Shown in pieces: positions 1-9,746 of a DNA stretch of 64,000 bases. The stretch comes from Chloroflexota bacterium. Lineage in GTDB: Bacteria; Chloroflexota; UBA11872; VXOZ01. The position numbers were made by a program, and so were the translations under genes. Each line of letters starts with the position of its first letter. The stretch's first letter is position 1. The DNA lies in assembly GCA_965221905.1 (NCBI GenBank), contig OZ244922.1:2368001-2432000 (forward strand), in the 5' to 3' direction. The notes under the pieces were generated by a model, which worked only from the letters and a program-made list of their open reading frames with translations, ran no database searches and was not told the origin of the DNA.

Positions 1-355
1 TATAGAGATGTACCGCCAAGGCGGAACCTTGGATGGCGTGCGTATCCTCAGTCCTGCGACCGCATCGGCTATGCTCAGCGAGCAATCCGATGCCATGCCC
101 GGCATACCTTCCGCAACAAAACTCCAAGAGGGCTGGGGACTGGGCTTCCGGCTCTACCGGCGCGCCAATCCCATGTATTTTGGCGATCTCTTATCACCGG
201 GCTCGTTCGGCCACACCGGCTCCACCGGCACTTTTGCCTGGTGTGATCCCACCAAGGGGCTGAGTGCCGTCTTCTTCTGCAACCAACTCCACGAGCGAGT
301 CCAGCACAAGTTTCAAACACTTAGCAACACCATAGCCGCCGCCGTGCGCGACTAA
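1..355 (+). CDS. Serine hydrolase / beta-lactamase family protein, C-terminal part (5' end outside the window)
   Basis: WGLGF...SFGHTGSTGTFAWCDP motifs typical of the C-terminus of class C beta-lactamase-like hydrolases. Confidence 0.85.
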   Translation, partial: IEMYRQGGTLDGVRILSPATASAMLSEQSDAMPGIPSATKLQEGWGLGFRLYRRANPMYFGDLLSPGSFGHTGSTGTFAWCDPTKGLSAVFFCNQLHERVQHKFQTLSNTIAAAVRD

Positions 356-381
356 CCCGTGACTTTGCCCAGGTATCGGGC

Positions 382-438
382 TTTACAGAAACAACTATGC
401 TCACTATTATAATTAAGCATATACGCAAATGAATAATT
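382..438 (+). promoter_or_regulatory. Sigma70-type promoter with probable ArsR operator
   Basis: TTTACA (382-387), 17 bp spacer, TATTAT (405-410). An AT-rich imperfect dyad follows, just upstream of the ArsR gene. Confidence 0.5.
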
Positions 439-451
439 GAGGAAGGTGGAT

Positions 452-856
452 ATGGACCAGGGTCGCATACTCGATGCTTGCCTCGACGACACACTCCATC
501 CCGACAAAGCTGCTAAGGTGCTGGCTACCGCCTTGCGCGACGACCAATACGAGGAGCTTGCCACCTACTTTCGCGCGCTAGGAGAGCCGAGTCGCGTCAG
601 GCTGCTCCACTGCCTCCTCGATGCAGAGCTTTGCGTCTGTGATCTCGCCGCTCTATCTAACCTTTCGGTTGCGGCAACCTCACAACATTTGCGCACCTTG
701 CGCAACTTAAATCTCGTAAAGCGCCGCCGGGAAGGCAAGGTCATGTGGTATTGCCTTGCAGACGAGCATATACGCAGCTTGCTAAGCGTCACGCACGAGC
801 GTCTTGCCCTCGGTCAAGCTCGCCCTGTGCCAAACGCAGTTCTAGCCGGAGAATAG
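452..856 (+). CDS. ArsR/SmtB (CadC-like) metal-sensing repressor
   Basis: FRALGEPSRVRLL, ELCVCDL metal-binding box, SQHLRTLR, RREGK wing. Confidence 0.92.
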   Translation: MDQGRILDACLDDTLHPDKAAKVLATALRDDQYEELATYFRALGEPSRVRLLHCLLDAELCVCDLAALSNLSVAATSQHLRTLRNLNLVKRRREGKVMWYCLADEHIRSLLSVTHERLALGQARPVPNAVLAGE

Positions 857-861
857 ATCCC

Positions 862-2793
862 GTGACTCGCTTTGCAAACTCGCCTCTGGCGGAGTTACTT
901 GAAGAGACCGAAACTCGACTCACTCTACTTTCCGGTCTGTTTCTTGCCGCCGGCATCGTCTCCAGTCTTGTTGCAGCACCGTCATTGGTGCAGATTGGCT
1001 TGTACCTCACCGCCATAGTGGTCGGTGGCATACCCATCGTGCGTGAAGCGTGGGAAGCCCTGACTGAAGAACGGCGGCTCACCATCGACTCGCTTGTAGT
1101 CATTGCCGTGGTTGGCGCGGTGATGTTGGGGCAATGGTGGGAAGCGGCGGCAGTAGTATTTCTCTTCTCGTTTAGCGAAATGCTCGAGGACTTCACACTC
1201 GATCGGGCGCACAACGAAATCCACGCGCTCATGGAGCTTTCCCCGGAGGAAGCCCGCGTCAAAGTTGATGGGTGGGAATCAACCGTACCGGTTGAGGATG
1301 TTGCAGTGGGCATGATCGTTGCGGTGCGACCGGGTGAACGCGTGCCGGTAGACGGCGAGGTGCTAACCGGAGACTCTACGATAGACCAGTCGGCAATTAC
1401 GGGCGAGAGCGCACCGATCACAAAGTCAAGCGGTGATAGTGTCTTTGCGGGGACCATCAACCAGCAAGGGTATCTCGAAATCACCACAACCCGTCCGGCG
1501 GCGGAAAACGCAATTGCCCGCATCGTGCACCTGGTCGAAGAAGCACAGAGAGAGAAAGCGCCCACAGCGCAGTTTATCGACCGCTTTGCCGCCTACTATA
1601 CGCCAGCCATTGTCATCTTTGCTGTGCTCGTTGCCGTTGTGCCCTGGCTGGCATTCGGCCAGCCGCTGCAGGATTGGGTGTATCGCGGCCTGGTCTTGCT
1701 CCTGGTCGGCTGTCCCTGTGCGCTCGTGATTTCCACGCCAATCTCGATTGTGGCCGCCATTGCCCGCTCTGCACGTTCCGGCGTACTGGTTAAGAGCGGC
1801 GCCGTAATGGAATTGCTCGGGCAGGCTAAAGTGATTGCATTCGACAAGACCGGCACGCTCACCCGGGGTCAGCCCGAAGTGACCGACATGGTTCCATTCC
1901 TCGAATACAGCGAAGCAGACGTCATTCAGATGGCTGATAGGTTGGAGCATCGCTCTGAACATCAGCTCGCTGCCGCAATCCTACGCCACGCAGAGCGTGC
2001 GGATTCAGGAGAAGGAAACGACCATCTCCACACGGAGGAAATCCAAGAGTTTGAAGCTGTTGCCGGGAGAGGCGTGCGCGCTAGGGTAGACGGCACTGTC
2101 TTCCTTTGCGGTAGCCCCGACTATCTCTATTCGCTCGGCTATGACATCTTCTCGCACCAAGAGGCAATCTCAAGCCTACAGGACGCCGGAAAGACCGTGC
2201 TCATGGTGGCAAAAGACAAGCACGTTGCAGGCATGATTGCAGCCATGGATACACTTCGGCCGAACGCAGAGCCCACTCTCAATGCAATTGGCAATCTGGG
2301 CATTTCACACATGGTAATGCTCACGGGCGATAGTCAACCAACGGCGGCTGCGATTGGACGGCAACTGCCGGTAAAAGACGTGTTCGCCGCGCTGCTACCT
2401 GAGCAGAAGGTCTCTGTGATTCAAGACCTGGTGCAATCACACGGCAACGTGCTTATGGTGGGAGACGGCGTAAATGATGCACCCGCTCTTGCCAGCGCCA
2501 CCGCGGGCATTACGCTGGGCGGCGCCGGCACTGACGTGGCAATGGAAACTGCGGACGTGGTCTTGATGGGCGACGATCTCTCCAAGATTCCATCCGCCCT
2601 TCTGCTCAGCCGCAAGACTATGACGGTGATTAAGCAGAACATCACCTTTGCTTTGGGCATCAAGGCGCTTGTGCTGCTGCTCACGCTCTTCGGGCTAACC
2701 TACCTCTGGATGGCAATCCTCGCGGATGTTGGGGCTACCGTTGTGGTAGCAGGCAACGGGCTGCGCCTACTCCGTTCGTCCGATTCGAGCTAG
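862..2793 (+). CDS. Heavy-metal translocating P1B-type ATPase (Zn/Cd/Pb, CadA/ZntA-like), without N-terminal HMA domain
   Basis: TGES, CPC, DKTGT, SEH and GDGVNDAP motifs, with K in TM7 and D-x-G in TM8. GTG start at 862 follows GGAG. Confidence 0.93.
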   Translation: MTRFANSPLAELLEETETRLTLLSGLFLAAGIVSSLVAAPSLVQIGLYLTAIVVGGIPIVREAWEALTEERRLTIDSLVVIAVVGAVMLGQWWEAAAVVFLFSFSEMLEDFTLDRAHNEIHALMELSPEEARVKVDGWESTVPVEDVAVGMIVAVRPGERVPVDGEVLTGDSTIDQSAITGESAPITKSSGDSVFAGTINQQGYLEITTTRPAAENAIARIVHLVEEAQREKAPTAQFIDRFAAYYTPAIVIFAVLVAVVPWLAFGQPLQDWVYRGLVLLLVGCPCALVISTPISIVAAIARSARSGVLVKSGAVMELLGQAKVIAFDKTGTLTRGQPEVTDMVPFLEYSEADVIQMADRLEHRSEHQLAAAILRHAERADSGEGNDHLHTEEIQEFEAVAGRGVRARVDGTVFLCGSPDYLYSLGYDIFSHQEAISSLQDAGKTVLMVAKDKHVAGMIAAMDTLRPNAEPTLNAIGNLGISHMVMLTGDSQPTAAAIGRQLPVKDVFAALLPEQKVSVIQDLVQSHGNVLMVGDGVNDAPALASATAGITLGGAGTDVAMETADVVLMGDDLSKIPSALLLSRKTMTVIKQNITFALGIKALVLLLTLFGLTYLWMAILADVGATVVVAGNGLRLLRSSDSS

Positions 2794-2980
2794 CATCGAG
2801 CCGCTTGCCGTTGGCAGCGAGTTCAAGCCAAGATATCGAGGGCAGTTCCGGTCTCGCTCTACCATCCCCATGCAACCTTGGTATCATGTTCGCAACATGC
2901 AGGCTGAAGCGCTGTACAAGTAATATCGCAGCAGCCTCAGTTGCCATGGCGAGAGCACTATTCTAGGAAATGAGCCCACG

Positions 2981-3388
2981 ATGACATCACAAGCAGAAGG
3001 ACATCTCGGACAAGCCGACCAGGAGCTGAAGCGTGCCAGCAAAGGACGCATAGAGGCAGTGCTAAGCCTGCTGGACACCGGCGAACAGCAACTCTACGTG
3101 CTGCACGTGCGGCTTCTCCCCCAAGCACGCACCTTGCGGCGGCGTTTCCGCGAAGTGGACGCATTGCGCTTGATGGGCTTCACGCCGCGGCCGGAGTGCC
3201 ACTACTTTCCCTATCAGTGCTTCTACGCCGGATGCTACTACCGGGAACTTGGGATTGCTCCCGATGATGCGACGCGGCAGCGTTTTGAGGAAGTCTTTGA
3301 CAAGTCGCTAGATTCCCTAGCGGAAGCCATCGAGCACATCTTGGCCGGCGCCTGGCTCGCGGAAGATATCGGCTTGCCCCTCAAGTAG
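2981..3388 (+). CDS. Hypothetical protein with a Cys/His cluster
   Basis: 135-aa ORF with plausible composition and CHYFPYQCFYAGC; no family recognised. Confidence 0.6.
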   Translation: MTSQAEGHLGQADQELKRASKGRIEAVLSLLDTGEQQLYVLHVRLLPQARTLRRRFREVDALRLMGFTPRPECHYFPYQCFYAGCYYRELGIAPDDATRQRFEEVFDKSLDSLAEAIEHILAGAWLAEDIGLPLK

Positions 3389-3455
3389 CTTTCTCCAAGT
3401 GAGAGCGCAATCGCCCATCATGCGCTACCCCATTAGGAACTTTACGAGCGCCGTG

Positions 3456-4043
3456 CTAGTACGAGAATTGCGGTTCCCAGTCGCCTGGGCCGTCACGCAA
3501 GAGATCGAAAAGGTGCCAGACACCGCAGTAGAGATCGCCGGGTCCGAAGAAATCCCGGGATACGCGCACGATTGATCCCCCTGCATTCCTATGGAATACA
3601 GACACACCCGGCATGGCGTGTGAGTCGTAGTGCTCTTGCTCTGATCCGAACCCCATATCCTCGATGAACGTGGTGCCTGCGGCAGAGTACATCCGAAACC
3701 GCCAACCACGTTTCTTGGCAATGTCCTGTTGGACTTTGGGATGGTTGGGAGACACGACTACAAATGCTGCGCGGCTCTCCAGGTGATGCAGCACGCCGTT
3801 GAACTCGTCAGCCCACATTGTGCAATAGGGGCAACCCGATCCCATATTGTGGACCAGGATCAAATCAGACTTATCGCCAAACATCGCTGAGAGCTTCACC
3901 GCGCCGTCCAGACCCTTAAGCTCGTAGTCCTCTACGGGCTCCGGGGGCATCTGGCGGCGCAACTCAGCCAGCCTTTGCTTCGCCTTCTCCAGATCTTCCA
4001 ACGCCGCGACAAACTGGGTTTCCACGTCACCCAAAGTCTTCAT
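3456..4043 (-). CDS. DUF899 family thioredoxin-like protein
   Basis: LAELRRQMP, F-G-x-K-x-x-L-I-x-x-H, GCPYCTMWAD, HLESRAAFVVVS, PGVSVF. Confidence 0.85.
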   Translation of the reverse strand: MKTLGDVETQFVAALEDLEKAKQRLAELRRQMPPEPVEDYELKGLDGAVKLSAMFGDKSDLILVHNMGSGCPYCTMWADEFNGVLHHLESRAAFVVVSPNHPKVQQDIAKKRGWRFRMYSAAGTTFIEDMGFGSEQEHYDSHAMPGVSVFHRNAGGSIVRVSRDFFGPGDLYCGVWHLFDLLRDGPGDWEPQFSY

Positions 4044-4175
4044 ACGGCTCCCCCCTTGCTGACACTACATACCCGTACTTCCTACGGGGCTGTTTGTTGC
4101 AATTCTGAGTTTCTTAGATCGCCGCTCACCAACACTGAGGTCGACAGCGTGTCCCGAAATTGACCCGATCTTCGC

Positions 4176-5960
4176 TTATTTCTTTCCCTTGTCGGCTTGC
4201 GCCAAGTAGAGCCCAATGACCTCCTGCACTGAGGTTGCATCCTCGGGGCCGCGGTCTTCGCGCACAAAGCCGACAACTCGGGGAAAGCGCAGCGCATACC
4301 CCAGTTCGTCTCCTTGGTGCTTGCCACAGGTGTGGGTGGGACTGCGCGTAATTTCGTCGGCCTGAATCTCGACCACATGGGTGGGATTGGTCCAGACGTC
4401 AGGTGCGACCTCGGCTTCCACCCGCGCCGGAATATGATCGGTTTTCTCTTTGTCCAGCATCGCGCGCATCTTCACCCACTCTTCCTCTGAAAATCCGGTG
4501 CCGAGACGTGAAATCGTCACGAACAGATCGCGGCCCTTGTCGTACACGCCAAGCAGCAATGCCCCGATGCCGAGCTTCGAGCGCGCTCCTTTGCCATACC
4601 AGTAGCCCAGGACGACACAGTCGACGGTATCGGATAGCTCGCCCTGGTAAGAGCGCTTCATTTTGATCCAGTCAAAGCTGCGGCGGCCGGCTTGGTAGAG
4701 CGAGTCCAGTTTCTTGGCCATCACCCCTTCCAGACCGTGTTCCACTTTATCGGCAAAGAACGCCTCTATGGCTGCCACGCTGTCGGTCTCAATATTCTCG
4801 GTAACCTGCAAGATCGGTCCATCGTTCAGGAATCCCAGCAGCTTCTCCCGTCTATCGGTATAGGGCTGTCGTGTCAGGTCTACACCATCGAGGTAGAGGA
4901 GATCGAAGAGCACCAAACGGAGGGGGAGTTTCTCTGCCATTTCATCTACGTTATGCTTGCGCCGCCGTTGGGTTGTCATCTGGAAAGGGAGAAAGGCACC
5001 GGTCTCAACGTCATACGCCAGGGCCTCAGAATCGGCAATGAACGTGTGGCCGGCTGCCTGCTCGCGCACGGCTGCAACCACGTCAGGAAACATGCCGCTG
5101 AAGTTTTCCAAGTGGCGGGAATACATGGTGACGTTCTCGCCGTCGAAGTGCACCTGACACCGAATGCCATCATATTTTGGTTCCACAGCGCAGCGTCCCA
5201 GACGCACCACAAGGTCTTCCATGGACTTCACTCGTTCCGATGCGGCGGGAATAACCGGCGTGCCAACCGAGACATGGATCTGCTGCTGTAATCCGTCTAC
5301 GCCAGCGTGCCAGTAGACCTTCGCAACAGTAGCCAAGTCTGCGCAGATACCGTATGCACGGTCGAGTGCGGGACGGTGATCTTTGGAGGCCGTACGCGCA
5401 AACGAGAGCGCATCCATGACCGTGGGATCCCCCACGCCCAGCCGCAAGCGTCCCAAAGGGATTCGCAGCAAGTAACGCACCTCCTGCTTTCCAACCTGGC
5501 GTATCAGGTCGGCCAGCAGCGAGATTTTCTTAGCAACGGAGCCTTCACCTTCAGTCAGAGCGATGTCTGTCAGGCGTTCAAAGACTTGCACCACCGTGAG
5601 CGTGCCCTGATCACGCTCGATGAGCTCTTCCGCCACCGCTCCGTAGTCGCCAATCTCACTAAAGCGTCGATGCACATCTTCTAGGGCCGCCCCGGTACCT
5701 TCTGCCACCGCCTCGGCGGTAAGTCGCTCCCCCATGCCAAACTCGATGGGTGCGTAGAGCGGCGCGACACGACCCTGCAAGAGATAGATCACCTTGTCCA
5801 CCTCTTCCGGGCGGGTCTTGATGAAGAGGTCGGCCAGCAATTTCATCATGCTGATGCGACTGCGTGTGGCATCAAGTTCCGCAAAATAGGCGGTCAACTG
5901 ATGGAATGTGAGAAAGGCTTCTTCTCTAGCTGCTTCGGTGGCAACAGCGGTCGAGGTCAT
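4176..5960 (-). CDS. lig: ATP-dependent DNA ligase (archaeal/eukaryotic LigI-like, with N-terminal DNA-binding domain)
   Basis: EPKYDGIRCQ adenylation motif, EGVMAK, WIKMK, LRFPR; LRLGVG in the DNA-binding domain. Confidence 0.95.
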   Translation of the reverse strand: MTSTAVATEAAREEAFLTFHQLTAYFAELDATRSRISMMKLLADLFIKTRPEEVDKVIYLLQGRVAPLYAPIEFGMGERLTAEAVAEGTGAALEDVHRRFSEIGDYGAVAEELIERDQGTLTVVQVFERLTDIALTEGEGSVAKKISLLADLIRQVGKQEVRYLLRIPLGRLRLGVGDPTVMDALSFARTASKDHRPALDRAYGICADLATVAKVYWHAGVDGLQQQIHVSVGTPVIPAASERVKSMEDLVVRLGRCAVEPKYDGIRCQVHFDGENVTMYSRHLENFSGMFPDVVAAVREQAAGHTFIADSEALAYDVETGAFLPFQMTTQRRRKHNVDEMAEKLPLRLVLFDLLYLDGVDLTRQPYTDRREKLLGFLNDGPILQVTENIETDSVAAIEAFFADKVEHGLEGVMAKKLDSLYQAGRRSFDWIKMKRSYQGELSDTVDCVVLGYWYGKGARSKLGIGALLLGVYDKGRDLFVTISRLGTGFSEEEWVKMRAMLDKEKTDHIPARVEAEVAPDVWTNPTHVVEIQADEITRSPTHTCGKHQGDELGYALRFPRVVGFVREDRGPEDATSVQEVIGLYLAQADKGKK

Positions 5961-6470
5961 TGGGATATTTCTCCCTGGCTACGGCTGGAAGCTATGAACT
6001 GGCAGTAATCTCAGCGGCGCGTGCAACGATCATGTTGATAGGTGCTCATCGGAAGTGTCCCATATCTATGCCTGCGTGCCGATTGCTGCCGCAAGCAGAG
6101 GTAGTGCATCCAAATCCCGCGACTCTTCCAGATTATTGTGCATCAGCGGGCTACCGCTTGTTAATCGCTGTGCAGTCCAGTGCAAGAGATAATTGCAAAC
6201 CAACAAGAGAGGACTATCGACTTCGCAAGCTATGAACGTTCACTGTGAGGGAGTGTGGGGGAAAGGTACTGAATTGCATAGATTCTACCATAGTTCATTA
6301 TTGCTCCCGTGACGCCGTCACGCTTGAAGTTAGCCTTCTGCCTCCGGTCAATTGATCTGAAATGGGGCTAGTCCAAGGTTCAGCGAATGTGGGGGCAATT
6401 CTTGGCGCAAGGGCGAGACTGCGGTATCGTAGAAGCAACTGGATCAAAGGAGGGAGTTACAAAGCAACGT

Positions 6471-7601
6471 ATGGCCGGATCTTTTCGGCTGGGGCACGTC
6501 TTTGGCATACCGCTTACGATTCACTATACGTGGCTCATTGCAGCCGGTCTGGCCACCGCCTCCCTATCCGTCGTCATCTTTCCGTTTGCGCGTCCAGGCT
6601 TGGCAGCACCCGTTTATTGGTTGGTCGGCGCCGTCGGCAGCGGTCTATTCTTTAGCTCAGTTGTAGCCCATGAGCTTAGTCATGCGCTTGTGGCCCGGCA
6701 CTTTGGCATCCCGGTGCGCGGCATCACGCTCTTCATATTCGGCGGGGTTTCCACCATGGCGCGCGAAGCGCGGAAGCCCGCGCACGAGTTGCTCATTGCC
6801 ACCGCCGGTCCCGCGTGCAGCCTCTTGTTATGCGTCGCGCTCTTCATTTTGCAGCGCCTCTTGCTGCCCCACTGGCTGCTTGGCAGCCGTGTCATCCTCT
6901 ACCTGAGTATAGCGAACCTCTTTCTTACACTCTTCAATCTCATACCCGCTCTTCCTTTGGACGGCGGGAGAGAATTGCGCGCCGCACTGTGGCATTTCAC
7001 CGGCAACTTTCGGCTCGCCACCAAAGTCGCCGCTTCGCTGGGACATCTACTCGCCTTTGCCCTGATTGGGTTTGCTATCTATCGAATTGCCGTCCACACC
7101 GATTGGGTACAGGGCGGCTTGCTCATCGTGCTCGGCCTCTTTGTCCACAACGCGGCGGAAATGGCACAGCAGGACGCCCAAGAACGCGACTTGCTCTCCG
7201 GTCTAACCATAGAGGACGTGCCCAAGAGCAACGTGGCTTATGTTGCACCCGATACGCCGTTGCAGACACTGGTCTATGAATACCTATTAGCGGAAGACTC
7301 GCCCCCAAGCGTTCTCGCCGTCATGCGCGATCGCACACTCCTTGGCGTAGCCACTGCGAGAGAGATTCGGGGCGTCGCTAGCGTCCATTGGTCCCACACG
7401 CAAGCCCAAGACGTCATGAAAGAGTATTCGGCTGAGGAGTTTTTGACACCGTCGACCTTGCTTGAGGACGCATTGGAACACATGGAAGTGGAGCACCTGG
7501 GCCACGTGATCGTGGCGAACGGGGAAGAGGGAGGCGTGGAGGTGGTTAGCTACAATGACATGATCCGCTTCTTGCATCGCAGGCAACACGCCCTGCGCTA
7601 G
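6471..7601 (+). CDS. Site-2 protease (M50) with C-terminal CBS domains
   Basis: HELSH and FNLIPALPLDGG motifs, membrane segments, CBS-like tail. Confidence 0.92.
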   Translation: MAGSFRLGHVFGIPLTIHYTWLIAAGLATASLSVVIFPFARPGLAAPVYWLVGAVGSGLFFSSVVAHELSHALVARHFGIPVRGITLFIFGGVSTMAREARKPAHELLIATAGPACSLLLCVALFILQRLLLPHWLLGSRVILYLSIANLFLTLFNLIPALPLDGGRELRAALWHFTGNFRLATKVAASLGHLLAFALIGFAIYRIAVHTDWVQGGLLIVLGLFVHNAAEMAQQDAQERDLLSGLTIEDVPKSNVAYVAPDTPLQTLVYEYLLAEDSPPSVLAVMRDRTLLGVATAREIRGVASVHWSHTQAQDVMKEYSAEEFLTPSTLLEDALEHMEVEHLGHVIVANGEEGGVEVVSYNDMIRFLHRRQHALR

Positions 7602-7701
7602 CTCCCTCGCTTGAACATTCGTGTAGCCGACCTTCGTGGAACAATACTCATAGTTAGCACGAGAGCCTTTGACCGCTGGGAGATAGAGAGAGAGTTGCCT
7701 G

Positions 7702-9069
7702 CTAGGCGAAAGTCTTTGCTGCGAGCTCCGCGCGCAGCCGCTCGGATTGTGCTGCGAGGCTTTCGCTCAGGGTTACCTCGTATGGGGGGGTTGCGCTGTG
7801 AAGAGCGCGCAAGCGAGGGTTCAGTGCTTCCTGTTGCTGCCGCGCCCGCTCACGCGCAGCCGCTAGATCGCTGCGACCTGCCGACAGGCGCACTCCCTGT
7901 CGCATAACAGGAATGAGAAGGGGCGTGCCTGCAGCCACACGCTCGTCGGCCAAAGTGATTACGTCCCCCGCATACGTGCTGCTTTCCTGCAAGCGATAGA
8001 CTTGCTTACGGCCGGGAAGCGAGGACTTTCCCGCGGAGAGCTTCATACGCCCGCGACCGGCGTACGACACGAGTTTGTATGCGCAGTCTATTGTCGGCGC
8101 GTCGCTGGAAACACTCATGCGGGTTCCGACGCCAAACCCATCAATTGGAGCGTCCTGGCTCACCAGGTTGGCAATGGCGTACTCGTCGAGATTGCTGCTG
8201 GCAAAGATCTCAACTTGATGGAGGCCGGCATCATCCAGAATACGCCGAGCGGCATGCGCTAGCGCCCCCAGATCGCCGGAATCCAGGCGAATTGCCCGCA
8301 CGCCAAACGCGCTGCCCAACTCTTCGGCAAGTATGACAACCTTCTCTACACCCGCCAACGTATCGTAGGTGTCCACCAGCAAGACCGTGTCCGGATAGAG
8401 CGACACGAACTGCCGCAAGGCATCCAACTCGTCATCGTGCGCTTGAATGTAGCTGTGCGCCATTGTGCCTCGCACAGGAATGCCGTAGGTCTTCCCGGCG
8501 AGCACATTCGACGTCGCCGAAATTCCCGCCACGTGGAAGGCACGCGCGCCTTTGATTGCTGAGTCTGTACCATGCGCGCGGCGTGACCCAAAGTCCACCA
8601 CGGTAGCGCCCCGCGCCGCCCGCAACACGCGCGCGGCTTTGGAGGCCATGAGAGTTTGAAAGTGCACTTGGTTGATGAGAAGCGTCTCGACCAACTGCGC
8701 CTGCGGCAGCGGCGCTACCACCTCGACCAGCGGCTCCAGCGGAAAGGCCACCGTTCCTTCCGGTAGCGCGTACACGTCGCCAGTAAATCGGAACGCCGCC
8801 AAGTAGTCGAGGAATTGCTGGGAGAACGCTCCCAATCCCGCCAGGTAGTCCAGTGCCTCGTCGCTGAACTGCAATTCCTCCAGGAACTGGAGCACGTCGG
8901 CGACGCCGCACGCGATGACATAGTTCCACCGCTCCGGCAAGCGGCGCACGAAGAAGTCAAAAACTGCCGTCTCCTTCATGCCCTCTTGCGCGTATGCCTG
9001 GAGCATAGTGAGAGCATAGAGATCAGTGAATAAGGCCGCGTCGGATGTTTCACCCCAGTGGCGCGGCAT
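7702..9069 (-). CDS. pncB: Nicotinate phosphoribosyltransferase
   Basis: LFTDLY, DFGSRRAHG, TSNV, GTMAHS, LVDTYD, RLDSGD, YKLV. Confidence 0.95.
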   Translation of the reverse strand: MPRHWGETSDAALFTDLYALTMLQAYAQEGMKETAVFDFFVRRLPERWNYVIACGVADVLQFLEELQFSDEALDYLAGLGAFSQQFLDYLAAFRFTGDVYALPEGTVAFPLEPLVEVVAPLPQAQLVETLLINQVHFQTLMASKAARVLRAARGATVVDFGSRRAHGTDSAIKGARAFHVAGISATSNVLAGKTYGIPVRGTMAHSYIQAHDDELDALRQFVSLYPDTVLLVDTYDTLAGVEKVVILAEELGSAFGVRAIRLDSGDLGALAHAARRILDDAGLHQVEIFASSNLDEYAIANLVSQDAPIDGFGVGTRMSVSSDAPTIDCAYKLVSYAGRGRMKLSAGKSSLPGRKQVYRLQESSTYAGDVITLADERVAAGTPLLIPVMRQGVRLSAGRSDLAAARERARQQQEALNPRLRALHSATPPYEVTLSESLAAQSERLRAELAAKTFA

Positions 9070-9079
9070 CCCATACTCC

Positions 9080-9706
9080 CTAGTAGATGGTGCTGGTGGA
9101 CGGGATTCCGGTGAGATGATGCGTGTCATTCCATAGCATCAGCGTTGGAAGGTTATCCTGCCAATCGACTATGGAAAGGCTGGCATGTGCGATAGACACC
9201 TGCCAGTAGTGCTCAAGAGACAGGCCGAAGAGGTGGCAAAAATACATCCTCAGGCCTCCGCCGTGCATCACGACCGCAACTGTTTGGTCTTCATGCCGAT
9301 GGACAATGCGGCGCATGGCCGCCTGCGTGCGCCGATAGAGATCCGGGCCGTTCTCGGCGCCAGCGGGGGCCCAGTCAGGATCGTGCCGATGTTGCTCCCA
9401 CTCTGCCGTATTCGCCATGAGGTCGTCCAGTCGTTGACCTTCCCAAGTCCCGTAGCCGCGCTCGCGTAGATCACTATCTCTCACCGAAATAAGGTTATGT
9501 GGAGTTGCAATGGCCCGCGCCGTATCATAGCTGCGCGCAAGGTCGCTGCAGTAGATGCCGGAGAGTTTCTCACCGTGCAGCCGTTCTCTAAGCGCCCGCG
9601 CTTGGGACTGACCTTCATCAGAGAGCGGAGGGTCTTGTTGGCCTTGGATGCGCCCTTGGCTGTTCCACGATGACTGGCAGTGACGAACTAGAAGAAGTCG
9701 CACCAT
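9080..9706 (-). CDS. Histidine phosphatase family protein (CobC/PhoE-like)
   Basis: LVRHCQS (RHG variant), SDLARS, LRERGYGTWEG, HGG, WNDTHHL. Confidence 0.9.
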   Translation of the reverse strand: MVRLLLVRHCQSSWNSQGRIQGQQDPPLSDEGQSQARALRERLHGEKLSGIYCSDLARSYDTARAIATPHNLISVRDSDLRERGYGTWEGQRLDDLMANTAEWEQHRHDPDWAPAGAENGPDLYRRTQAAMRRIVHRHEDQTVAVVMHGGGLRMYFCHLFGLSLEHYWQVSIAHASLSIVDWQDNLPTLMLWNDTHHLTGIPSTSTIY

Positions 9707-9746
9707 CGCTCTTGTATGGACTCCTTGCCTATTCTGTTGGCATTTC

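Noticed and set aside
5961-6470. 91-aa ORF, AAGCTATGAAC direct repeat (5989 and 6227) and a possible SOS box upstream of the ligase
   Set aside because: The ORF has no protein-like features, a single 11-bp repeat can arise by chance, and there is no clean GAAC-N4-GTTC
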